Shown here in pieces: positions 10,501 to 19,104 of a stretch of 64,000 nucleotides of DNA; within the stretch, counting starts at the first letter, position 1, and every line of letters begins with the position of its first letter. Source of the stretch: Giardia intestinalis (Eukaryota); NCBI GenBank assembly GCA_000002435.2, contig CM018790.1. One strand, 5' to 3'. The notes under the pieces were generated by a model. That model was not told the origin of the DNA. It saw only the letters and a list, made by a program, of their open reading frames with translations, and searched no databases. The position numbers were made by a program, and so were the translations under genes.

Positions 10501-13500
10501 TCATAGAAGAGACATACAGTTGAATAGAAGTGCTTGCAGATAAAGCTAACCTTGCCTGAGACGGGAGTCATCTCATGCAACCCAGAACCGTCGTCACAGC
10601 CTCCGTTTATCCAGGCCTCGTCGTTAGAGCATATCTCGTTGACACCAGCACGTACGTAATCAAAGAATGAAATTATTGCCTTCTTCTTCTTGGCTGTAAG
10701 ATCCATAGTGACCAAGGAGTAATTGATCATCGAAAATAGAATGGACGTGTTGGCATGATAGTCAAATTCTATTTTGAGCAATATCGCGATTATCGTTGCT
10801 GCTAGACTGTACAGACTGAACTGTTCTAGGTCTATTTTATCAAGCAATGCCTTAATAACCATAGAGATTCCATGATCAAAATCAGATTTTTTATTTTCTA
10901 AACCATTGAATAAGATTGAGGCAATAGACGGAAAATAGTTGACAAGGGCGTTCAGCACAATCTCATTATACACAGCAAACTTGTGATCCTTAACTAGAAA
11001 GTATGCAAATGTATGAATTAATTCGGCGTGAACGTCACAGAAGCTTGAAGATGACGTTGACCCAGAATCCAGTACTCGAGTCTCGTCTGAATTGACAATA
11101 AGGTGTTGTGTGTATGAGAGTAATTGATACATAGCTGATTCATAAATAAGTGTCGAAAGCAGTGATGCAACCACGTCACAGGACGAATCAGGACCCTTTA
11201 TTAGCTTCAGATAAAGCAGGTCTGCTGATGTGGAATGGGCTCGTTGCGGGTTGCTTACATTATCCACGGTAGTTTGAGAAGCTAAAGAAATAGGCTTTTC
11301 AACGTGTGCTTCGGTTGAGTCAAGGACCGACAACTTATTACTTTTAATTTGGGCTGCTAGGTAGGTGATAACCTCCTCCACACTGGAGGGCTTCGTCCGA
11401 TGACTCAAGTGATGGCGAGGCGGGGATAGAGCTGGGGGGTGTGGCTCTACAGCAGGTATCTGCTTAATGCAGCTGTCAGTAAAAGTGAAGGTGCCTGTTA
11501 ATCTATGGACGCTCGAGCCTTTGTCGCGATGTCGAGCAGAAACGCTGTGAGATATTTCCTTCTCATCTCCGGTCATGTCCTCTTCTGCCGTGGGGTCGTC
11601 GATAGAGCCCACAACCGAATGTGTCAACTTATGCCAGGTGTGCTGAGACTCCTGAATATCTACAGAGTCCTCAAGCGCTCGATAGATGCTGGCATCGTCA
11701 GTATCATCAGAAGTAGTAAGAGTCGCCTGGCTGATCTGTGTGGAGATCTTAAATCCTTGGCGTGCAGATTGTTTAGAGGTAGGTTTCTTCATAGCGCGAT
11801 GCCCGCCTCTGGAGGTCGTAGACTCGCGCTGCTCCTTTATGATCCTCCTGGGGATGTATGGGATGTTGGGGCATGTCTGTTGTCCAAACGATGCTCCCGA
11901 AGGTATTGTTCCATGAGCATTATGATAGGCAGTTGCAGTGTGAAATAACTGGCTTGAAGTAACCCAAGTAGTAGAGGCATTTCTATCCGTTTTGGAGTAT
12001 GGGTCATAGGTCGACGTATGCTGAAGAGATAGCACCGGATTTTGGGTTGTATTGCTAGATAGTTTACCATCATCGTTATATTTGAGCACCCTCCCCATAA
12101 ACATATCCGTAATCGTTTCAGAAAACAAGAGTAGGTCATCACTCACCGAAGAACCAGATTTAAAAGAGTCAAAAAATGGACCGAGCCTCTGATGAGCGTG
12201 AACTTGCTGATTAGATGAATCACTATAGAATGGAGAAACAAACAGAAAAGGCGTGGGCTTAACAGAGCCATTATTTGGAGGAAGGAAGATGTTGTCGACA
12301 AGCTTGGAGTCACCAGACAGCAGAAAATTCAAATAACGCATGCTCTGAACACGGTAGGATGAAGATGTCAGAATAGTGGCCCTCTTTCTAAGAGAATCCT
12401 CGTCAAAGAGAAACGGTACATGGCGATAGATCTTAAGCATGCTCTGTGCTTGCTCCACAGTTAAGTTGCGCAAAAACTCAATGCAGTAATTTGTTAATCT
12501 TTGAAGAAAGGTAATAAGAAAGAGGAACATTTCTGCCATAAGAAGTTCCAACGAAAAGTCAGTGCATTGCGCCTGAACGTCCGATGTGTGTGAATACGGA
12601 GATCCCCGGACTGTCTTAGGTGTAGACGAATCTTCAAGATCTGATTGCTTCACAGTTGTCCTTGGAGTGGACAAGGATGCAACCGCCACTCCTGCATTGT
12701 CTGTAACATTACACTTCCTACCCTGGTCGCCAGGCACCGTGTGCACATCAGTCTCAGGTGTGCTTGCCCTATTACTGGTGTCAGTCTGCTTGTTGACTGA
12801 ATTGAAGAACTTGTCATAATTATCAAGAATTAATAGGAGCAGTGGGACACACGACACGTAGAGAAATGACGGGGTTTGTCTAGCTATGTCCCCCGAGCAA
12901 ACCTCCCAAAGAAATATAAAGATATTTGTGCAGATTGATCGGAAAGCCGTGTGGTCTTCTACGGAATGGGACAGCTCAGAATTATAGTTAAACAGCAGAC
13001 AATGCAATGCCTTGAGATACAAATGCGGAAGAATGCACCCCACTGGAATCAAGTTGAATGGTGGTAACGTGTAGTCGACGGAACCATCAGAGGTGTCGGA
13101 AGCGCCCCCTTGGAAAGTAAACGACTCCTTAGCGTGAATGTCTGTGAATGAGTATGAATAGAGAAGAGCCCGTTCCCTCATCAATTGGTGCAAAAAGTCA
13201 AAGAAGATCTGCCACCTGGTAAACCAATGACCACCCTTGAAGGTGTCATTTTTGTCAATCAGAGACTCGAGAAACGAGAACAACTTAGTCTTCTTGGGGC
13301 TAGTAACAACAAGAAGAATAAAAAGCTTTGCAGTCGAGGTAATAATAACAAAGGACTTATTGTACGAGGTTAGTGAATAACAGGAATCGATAAGATTATA
13401 AAGAATTGCGTTGATCAAATGGCCTATTGAGTTGATGAAAGCAATGAGGTCGGCTTCAAACTCAGCTCGCTCTACACTGTCATGAGAGACGGTCGCACTC

Positions 13501-16500
13501 GATGAGTGCGTGCCCTCCAAACTGTCGGAGTTTCCGGAGACATCCAGCACTGCGTTGTCAAAAAGAAAGCAGGACATACTAGCATTGTACAAATGCTTAT
13601 ACCTGGTCAAGATAATCATAAAGCTTTTGGCGATAAGGAGAAAGTTGTGGGGTATGATTGCAAAAAGACGGTCAACTAAAGAGGATTTCTGAATGATGTA
13701 CTTTATTACGCTGTTGTGTAAGTAAGAAACATAATTCTGAAGCGCTTGGAAGGTTGTTATAGAGCATATGTGGTGGGCAACCATGGCGTACACGGCCAGA
13801 TTGGCAAGTACGAAAGAGTCTTGCTTAAATGGCTCGGACAGGGAGGTATCTGATGAACTGTCTTGATGGTAGAACGAGATGTGATTGCCGATACCGCCGA
13901 GAGCCCGGTATATGTCTGATAGTGCCGCGAACTCGCCATCTAACGGATTCTGTATCGCGCTCGTAGAGCCAAACAACGGCGCTAGCATGGCCCCGAGAAG
14001 CGGAGTGTAGATGAAGTTCTGTAGCATCATAAGCCAGGAGTTGCGCCTCCCAAAAGTTTTGTGTGCTTTAAACGCGGCTGCCACTTCTTCGTTAATACAA
14101 TGGCGATATAAATTGTTGACAATCGCCATGCTCTCGTTTGAAATGGTGGTAAAGGGGGCAAGAACGTGCTCCAGGCAATTGAAAATAAGGTCCCTAGAAA
14201 CAACGTGTTCAAATAGCTCTTGGTGCATGAGCAGGGAGGCCAGTGCAACTGCAATATTATAGGTGGGCCCATATTGCTCCAATAGAATGCTCTCTCCATA
14301 AAATGGAATGGACTTACGCTTAGAAGCTGCTAGCTGGGCCTGAAGCTGGGCTTGAGTCGCTGCAAAGCTTGCACCTGCCGGTGCCAGCGGTCCACGTAGT
14401 TCGTCGCTCACAATGCTACTGGTAGCGTTTCCTAAGTATGCATCCCGGGATATCTTAAAACTGACCGCGTAGAGATTGACCTTGTCGCAAAATCTACGCA
14501 GGGTCTTCACGCTTTTATCCAGATCAATGCAGCTGTGGAGAACTATGTTCTTAGCGCATGTATATGCATAGTAAATTGCGTTCAAAAAGTGAGAATGTGT
14601 GTAAAGGGAAGATTCATAGCGTAGTGTGCAAAGCATATATCCTACCTGTTTAGTCTGCTTGCTGATGCCATCTGTTAGACCCTGTAAAGGCCTTTCCTTG
14701 TCAGCTTGAGACGACAAATAGCCTGCAGAAATTTGGCTCTGAAACGGGATAGAAATAGATCTATCATAGTTTTCGACAAACTCGCTATTTGTCATCATAG
14801 GAGGAGACAAGGCATCGACCCCGAGAGTGTTCTGCAGCACCGGTACTCCCAGCTCGTCGACACCCTTGACAAGAGGAAGGTATGCATAACCAAGTAGTGA
14901 AAGCTGAGTGCGTGCCTCAACGATGTGCTGAATGCTCGCTGGGTCTATTGAGTCTTGCATACCCGATCCCAGTATTTCAGTATATTGCGAGGATCTCACG
15001 GGAATGGAGTCAGCAGGATGCGACACGACGGAACTAGTGGTGGACATCTTACCTGAAGCAAGAGCATAGGTGGGGAATGTATGCTCCTTGTTATCAGTGG
15101 TACTACAGAATGCAGGTGTTGCATATAACTGTGTCAACTTGGTGAGATTCATGATCTCAGTGGCTGTTTTCTCTTGAGGTACAAAGACAGTATCGTCAAC
15201 ACCTACAATTGTCGAGAGATCACATTTATCTGCATGAGCCCTTTCTTTTGCAGAAAGCCCAGGAACCCCATAGAGCGTAAACAGGAAATGTGTCTTCGGA
15301 GTGATGTACAGCGGTAGCTCAAACTTAACCTCATCATGGAGTCGTACCACACGCGTATTGACAGCTGCAGAGGTCAAATACGAACTTCGAAAGGCTATTC
15401 GACCCTTAGTCATGTCATCCGGTGTCATGGAGCCGTGAAGCCTTGGATAAATGGCCCACATTATATCTTTATCGTCTAATGCATCATCAGAGCGCATCTC
15501 CACCTTCAGGAAGAAAGCATTGTAACGTGCATTCGGTAGAGTTACGATAAAAGACTGCGGATATAGGTAGACCCGATTCCTGAAGGGAGCGGCAGGAGTA
15601 CCGACCTCTCGGCGGAAGAAGCAGTCTAGCTGCTTAACGTAGATGTGGTTGGGATGAAGCTTATTTCCTCTAATGCGATCGAAGAAATAATGGGACTGAA
15701 GCGAAGAAAACGCCTTTTTATGCTCTAGTGTGGTCTCGGCGTCACGTAGCGTCAGATATATGCGTTGACTAGATATCCCTTGTGCGCTCATGAGGGCAAA
15801 TAATAAAAGATGACTCAGTGTGTCTGTAGTCAAATATCCGTGCTTCAAAAGCAACAATAAATCACTATGTTCTCCTCTCTCGAGAAGATGCAGACTATAG
15901 GACCAAACCATTAGCTCTAGTTCATGTGCAAAATCCGGAAGGTGATTTGGCTGCAGAGTGCGGTAACTTGGGGCGTCCTTTATAGCTCTGAACACCCCTG
16001 AACTTGAATCATAGACACCGAACGTATTGACAGAAGTATTGACATACAATTGAACGTAGTTTAAAGCCCGTTTCTTTGATACGCGATCATTGTATGTGTT
16101 TAAAAGAACAGAGGCCAGAGGCTCTGTTTGTGAAATATTTTTAGGAAGGCGAACAAAGGTGTTAAGCTTATGCGAAACGGGTCGCAAGGGGTGCACAAAG
16201 GAAAGCCCCTTCTCATTTAGAACACTAGAAAAACGAGGATCCTTTTTGAGCTTGCTTACAGAGTAAATGCCGCGCCTTTTCTGCTCATTGAAGTATCCAC
16301 ACATGCGGCCAATAAGCTCCCTGCGTTCAGGATCAGTGTCGGACTCCTGTAGATGCACAAATGAATCGGCGTCAGAGTTGGAATTGCAATCTGCCTCCAA
16401 TAGATCTTGCAGCCTGACCTGTTGCTCCATCCCATCTCTACGCTTGATGCTTGAAGTTCTAGAATAAATAATTTTGGTGAGCAAAAGAAAGTTTTCCAAT

Positions 16501-18503
16501 TGCTGAATAGAGACCTTGCTATCACAAACTGTAGTACTGATTTTTCCACGCGAAGAAGCTGTCTGTGCTAGTGTTGCAACTGGAACAGATTCGTCCGAGC
16601 GCACTACGCTCCGCGGTACTCCCATGATGCTAATATTATGAGCAAAAGCGTGGGGCTGAGAGTCTGGGTTAGAAGTACTTGGGCAAGCATCGTAAAAGTT
16701 AGAGTCGGGCAGGACACTGGCCACTTGGTCAAAGGTTGCTCGTGCACTACTTGTGTCTGCAGGGTCTAGAGACAGTGCTCCCTGAACATGGCTAGATGAG
16801 TCGTGCGGGTGGGCTACCCGCTTCAAAGATGCACTACCTTGCATAGAGAACGCCGATAAAGGAAAGATGGGAGAAATGCTCACGGCAAACGTCTCCCTGA
16901 GCCCACCAGTCTGTCTGATAGCTGCCCTAACCTTAGGGAGATACTTGTTACACTCTGCCAAGATCTGCTCACCATACTTTCCATAGGCTGCGAAGATACT
17001 AGTTGGAACTTTGGACTCAGTACTTAGGCTGCTAGTGCAGGTATAATCAATACCTGGATACTTAAAGAAAGGCATGTCACCTTTGGACTTCTTAGCTTCA
17101 AGTTTCCTCTTCGTGTGGCCCTGAACTGAGGGTGCACCAGATTGCTTGCTTTGGCTATCACTGGTCAGAGTGTGGGAAAGAGAACTGACTATCGCTTCAT
17201 TGATGCTACTGTCATGTCTTGTCTGGGAAAACTTGTTGCTTAGTACACCCGAGATTACTCTGATGTCATGGGATGCAACACCGTCTGCCAGTCTCTGCAA
17301 GTAAAGGCTGTAGCGGTCGACTTCCGACCTGATCTTTTCATCTGCAAGGGCAAGGTCTTCTAGCTCTTTGATCCTGGAGTAGAATGCGTGCGATTCATCA
17401 GACGAGACACCTATGGTCTTTTCTAGAAACACAACCAAGAAAATACGTCTGAAGCACGTCTGCGATGAAATGGGAATGGTAAACTCCACGAGCTTCGACC
17501 TTTCGATCGTATCCAAGATAGTCATGAGTCTGCTATAAAGGGGCTTAGAATCAAGTGATGTTTTATCACACGCGAAGCTCCGAAGTGTCGAAAAACAGTT
17601 CATATCTATATACTGGCTCTCAGACACCCTATAGAGCCCATGTTGACCGTTGTCAGTGGAGCTATAGTAATACAATGCAATTGAGCCGTAAAACGGCTCC
17701 ATGACCTCTCTGTTCACCATCCCTACCACCAAATTTTCAATGCTGAGACTCATTCTGAGCACAGGCGGCTTAATAAAAGGCGGTATTGATATCTTCTCAA
17801 AGAGAAAGTCGCTGGACGTGATCTTCCCGATGTTCATTAACTCCAAGAGCAACCGGGGCTCAGTAAAGAGTCTCTCCAAAAGGATGTTGATAGGTGGTAC
17901 GTTATTGACGGTTTTTTGGGTGGTAAAGGTCTTGCTCTTTTGGCTTCTGACACCACCTGTGTAACGGTCTAGAAGGACCGGCACATTACGCATAAGTTTG
18001 CTGGCATTTTCCAGCACACTTAGAGCCGACGACGTTCGAAATATGGGGTCCACATCGGCGTAGATGGTACACGGATGGGTCAGAAAAAACCGGATAATGT
18101 CCAGTGTGGCATGCGGATACTCTACCGCCTTAAGGAACGGAGCATCTATCTGAAGCCTTATGGAGCTTATAGGGCTGGAGGAAGTGGTACGATGGGTGGA
18201 GATAGATTCTTGTCCGTATCGTACACTGCCGCTCCTGTTAGAGTCTGGCTCCAAACGGCTATCCTCAGAAACCTGCATATCACAGAACTGTGGGCCTGCT
18301 CTACCACTAGGAGCGCTTTCACGGAGAGTCCTAAAATCATCAAGTACGTGCGGTGCCACGCGCCAGTACGTAAATGGCACTCTGGGGGAGCGCTGGATGC
18401 CAAATCCGGCCGCCTCCTTTAGGACATTGAAGTACTCCACGTCTGAGGCCTTCAAACCGAAGACAAATTGGTCCCAATTATACTGTGCTGAACTGTTTGA
18501 CAT
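7521..18503 (-). CDS. Giant (3660 aa) DOCK-like protein with DHR-1 (C2-like) and DHR-2 (GEF-like) motifs
   Basis: ATG (cat 18501..18503). Candidate DHR-1 signatures: KFELPLYITPKTHFLFTLYGV and LGYAYLPLVKG. Candidate DHR-2 signatures: TEYIYCCPHSE ... KIIVQKVEPYKI, resembling DOCK KEYIYKEPKLT ... YIQVTxVxPFF. Paralogous to the gene at 35739..45110. Confidence 0.55.
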   Translation of the reverse strand: MSNSSAQYNWDQFVFGLKASDVEYFNVLKEAAGFGIQRSPRVPFTYWRVAPHVLDDFRTLRESAPSGRAGPQFCDMQVSEDSRLEPDSNRSGSVRYGQESISTHRTTSSSPISSIRLQIDAPFLKAVEYPHATLDIIRFFLTHPCTIYADVDPIFRTSSALSVLENASKLMRNVPVLLDRYTGGVRSQKSKTFTTQKTVNNVPPINILLERLFTEPRLLLELMNIGKITSSDFLFEKISIPPFIKPPVLRMSLSIENLVVGMVNREVMEPFYGSIALYYYSSTDNGQHGLYRVSESQYIDMNCFSTLRSFACDKTSLDSKPLYSRLMTILDTIERSKLVEFTIPISSQTCFRRIFLVVFLEKTIGVSSDESHAFYSRIKELEDLALADEKIRSEVDRYSLYLQRLADGVASHDIRVISGVLSNKFSQTRHDSSINEAIVSSLSHTLTSDSQSKQSGAPSVQGHTKRKLEAKKSKGDMPFFKYPGIDYTCTSSLSTESKVPTSIFAAYGKYGEQILAECNKYLPKVRAAIRQTGGLRETFAVSISPIFPLSAFSMQGSASLKRVAHPHDSSSHVQGALSLDPADTSSARATFDQVASVLPDSNFYDACPSTSNPDSQPHAFAHNISIMGVPRSVVRSDESVPVATLAQTASSRGKISTTVCDSKVSIQQLENFLLLTKIIYSRTSSIKRRDGMEQQVRLQDLLEADCNSNSDADSFVHLQESDTDPERRELIGRMCGYFNEQKRRGIYSVSKLKKDPRFSSVLNEKGLSFVHPLRPVSHKLNTFVRLPKNISQTEPLASVLLNTYNDRVSKKRALNYVQLYVNTSVNTFGVYDSSSGVFRAIKDAPSYRTLQPNHLPDFAHELELMVWSYSLHLLERGEHSDLLLLLKHGYLTTDTLSHLLLFALMSAQGISSQRIYLTLRDAETTLEHKKAFSSLQSHYFFDRIRGNKLHPNHIYVKQLDCFFRREVGTPAAPFRNRVYLYPQSFIVTLPNARYNAFFLKVEMRSDDALDDKDIMWAIYPRLHGSMTPDDMTKGRIAFRSSYLTSAAVNTRVVRLHDEVKFELPLYITPKTHFLFTLYGVPGLSAKERAHADKCDLSTIVGVDDTVFVPQEKTATEIMNLTKLTQLYATPAFCSTTDNKEHTFPTYALASGKMSTTSSVVSHPADSIPVRSSQYTEILGSGMQDSIDPASIQHIVEARTQLSLLGYAYLPLVKGVDELGVPVLQNTLGVDALSPPMMTNSEFVENYDRSISIPFQSQISAGYLSSQADKERPLQGLTDGISKQTKQVGYMLCTLRYESSLYTHSHFLNAIYYAYTCAKNIVLHSCIDLDKSVKTLRRFCDKVNLYAVSFKISRDAYLGNATSSIVSDELRGPLAPAGASFAATQAQLQAQLAASKRKSIPFYGESILLEQYGPTYNIAVALASLLMHQELFEHVVSRDLIFNCLEHVLAPFTTISNESMAIVNNLYRHCINEEVAAAFKAHKTFGRRNSWLMMLQNFIYTPLLGAMLAPLFGSTSAIQNPLDGEFAALSDIYRALGGIGNHISFYHQDSSSDTSLSEPFKQDSFVLANLAVYAMVAHHICSITTFQALQNYVSYLHNSVIKYIIQKSSLVDRLFAIIPHNFLLIAKSFMIILTRYKHLYNASMSCFLFDNAVLDVSGNSDSLEGTHSSSATVSHDSVERAEFEADLIAFINSIGHLINAILYNLIDSCYSLTSYNKSFVIITSTAKLFILLVVTSPKKTKLFSFLESLIDKNDTFKGGHWFTRWQIFFDFLHQLMRERALLYSYSFTDIHAKESFTFQGGASDTSDGSVDYTLPPFNLIPVGCILPHLYLKALHCLLFNYNSELSHSVEDHTAFRSICTNIFIFLWEVCSGDIARQTPSFLYVSCVPLLLLILDNYDKFFNSVNKQTDTSNRASTPETDVHTVPGDQGRKCNVTDNAGVAVASLSTPRTTVKQSDLEDSSTPKTVRGSPYSHTSDVQAQCTDFSLELLMAEMFLFLITFLQRLTNYCIEFLRNLTVEQAQSMLKIYRHVPFLFDEDSLRKRATILTSSSYRVQSMRYLNFLLSGDSKLVDNIFLPPNNGSVKPTPFLFVSPFYSDSSNQQVHAHQRLGPFFDSFKSGSSVSDDLLLFSETITDMFMGRVLKYNDDGKLSSNTTQNPVLSLQHTSTYDPYSKTDRNASTTWVTSSQLFHTATAYHNAHGTIPSGASFGQQTCPNIPYIPRRIIKEQRESTTSRGGHRAMKKPTSKQSARQGFKISTQISQATLTTSDDTDDASIYRALEDSVDIQESQHTWHKLTHSVVGSIDDPTAEEDMTGDEKEISHSVSARHRDKGSSVHRLTGTFTFTDSCIKQIPAVEPHPPALSPPRHHLSHRTKPSSVEEVITYLAAQIKSNKLSVLDSTEAHVEKPISLASQTTVDNVSNPQRAHSTSADLLYLKLIKGPDSSCDVVASLLSTLIYESAMYQLLSYTQHLIVNSDETRVLDSGSTSSSSFCDVHAELIHTFAYFLVKDHKFAVYNEIVLNALVNYFPSIASILFNGLENKKSDFDHGISMVIKALLDKIDLEQFSLYSLAATIIAILLKIEFDYHANTSILFSMINYSLVTMDLTAKKKKAIISFFDYVRAGVNEICSNDEAWINGGCDDGSGLHEMTPVSGKVSFICKHFYSTVCLFYDRLLIVIESEYMIKERSKIQSMGSTVTDLDLYAELKLSQADCYVGQVDLRLFSLQSLFNFLRENRRHVEAGMVSILIAGLISEYLIVRSQFDDKVIDYSSLPSVYSLSKIVIPELRKIIPDITVQNDLDVWFAYIAKAQHLMGKSENIYSSLDGGQFFKLLLALQSAATEFQTAKFYLYTKHIYKLLMTLTELYSSSLATPTQDKLPSYFDPLSMIQCYSDALLAEKKSHEDAYKLHENVHYYWVSITTENNGKESTTEYIYCCPHSETIREFTERLKRFYDPPDLRKPDGTPKIIVQKVEPYKIVQSAALLTEKEEQIKQKILAQLLSYDMGADSKAGHPEDSLSFLGGPYSNPHLVPVHTEPNLHIPGEVLLRTHADHVSAHRATDEKDGYPITYYSNIIYNYYPFVLASDETSVDTGSSCNTIHSYTSRQIFRRRIQQQVYSGDSSIKLAGCLNVYYYTAHPFPHTNSRQRVIYVYEEYSNPIQEAIRIVEKAIYDTERLPDELNKVFQNLTGIVTPSVNSGTMDIVRMFLNKRNEFSEEQETTIQVVNFDDLVSSTTVALTEKQLNDNHDTFIATKSNDGLLENQTMNTDVIVRDQSNRSVRCLESSVEADDSLRIFPEKIMPFDDQNRESISSPTVGIATDRPEQKVHSKELTDAHMMDDVSSSLYSGAHSVTKTAPSTSLEDSLIDKRKSGGSPELNSDEGYDIKELFTPTERLATIRASLKLNMPYHQSLAMAPLSTPVDDFSEATNPEEPEELETITGTTSSSYFALCPRLIKVFLSDLIYPKLVVKTDVSMKHYRNLYKYPDSKATHALRQGSYLTGDSTYHGSSQESKQNRLRHVDKAYIPQSDSDVYFMGPYGTCRESGYHGRFNITGFMSNSDYVQANNEMLPPHIAEKIDILRNELPVYCKEPNSLTHTEIELCRERLGKLIIRLMNLQAEKIVLANQLMGKYRDYEGLYLLARETFLKTLEELEEYIDFDKERIKRIVS

Positions 18504-18645
18504 TGGTCAAAAGCCACAGGAGGATCGCAGCCCAACTAAAGCTCCAAGAGGACAAGTGCAATTAAATCTGTCCACAGTTTCCATACACTTTCCATATCTT
18601 TATTGCCAAATATCCAATCACATTAAAATTTTATCGGATTCTAAA

Positions 18646-19059
18646 ATGGCGGAAGCTGAACTGACGCAGGACGTGGCCGAGGCCTTCATGCATTTTTACT
18701 ATGATTCTCTATTAACAGACCTGTTGAGAATACAATCTGTGGTTGACCAAAGCTGCAAGTTTGTCTACCGCACGTGCAAGCCCCACGGGAAGGAATCCCA
18801 ATATGATTCTAAAAAAGATCCCCAGGCCATTATGAAGGCACTCGAGGTCATCTATAAAGATATAGATAAAGTAGACATATTGATGTGGACCCCTGTTCTT
18901 TTGGAGGACAGTATTACCCTTGTGGTGTCTGCTAAGTACCAGCAGAAAAATAAGCAAGAGCCTTTGCTTACTAGTGAAGTGTTAGTCATAGGAAGGAGCA
19001 AGCAAAAACAGAAGCGGGGATTCTCCCTATTAGCAATCACTACGCACATCATAGAATGA
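18646..19059 (+). CDS. NTF2-like small protein (137 aa; NTF2 / p15 fold)
   Basis: True ATG sits in the ctaaaATGgcg context. AEAFMHFYYDSL resembles NTF2 GSSFIQHYYQLF, and size and C-terminal beta-rich part fit the NTF2 fold. The track's upstream extension (18160) would overlap the divergent giant gene. Confidence 0.45.
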   Translation: MAEAELTQDVAEAFMHFYYDSLLTDLLRIQSVVDQSCKFVYRTCKPHGKESQYDSKKDPQAIMKALEVIYKDIDKVDILMWTPVLLEDSITLVVSAKYQQKNKQEPLLTSEVLVIGRSKQKQKRGFSLLAITTHIIE

Positions 19060-19097
19060 TAGCGGGGTGGCTAAAAAATAAATCAGGTGACGGTGAG

Positions 19098-19104
19098 AGT
19101 AAAC
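19098..19104 (+). terminator. AGTAAAC polyadenylation signal for the NTF2-like gene
   Basis: Exact AGTAAAC 39 nt after the TGA at 19057..19059, immediately before the ATG of the next gene at 19105. Confidence 0.5.

Noticed and set aside
11505-11948. 147-aa plus-strand ORF, and many other 60 to 160-aa ORFs antisense within the giant genes (e.g. 46139..46630, 37430..37711, 24414..24791)
   Set aside because: They are embedded antisense in long, motif-supported CDSs, have no A-rich start context, and several begin with GTG/TTG. Treated as chance ORFs.
18160-18645. 5' extension of the NTF2-like ORF as given by the track (299 aa)
   Set aside because: It would overlap the first 115 codons of the divergent 3660-aa gene. 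An ATG with a canonical ctaaaATG context lies at 18646 and yields an NTF2-sized protein.
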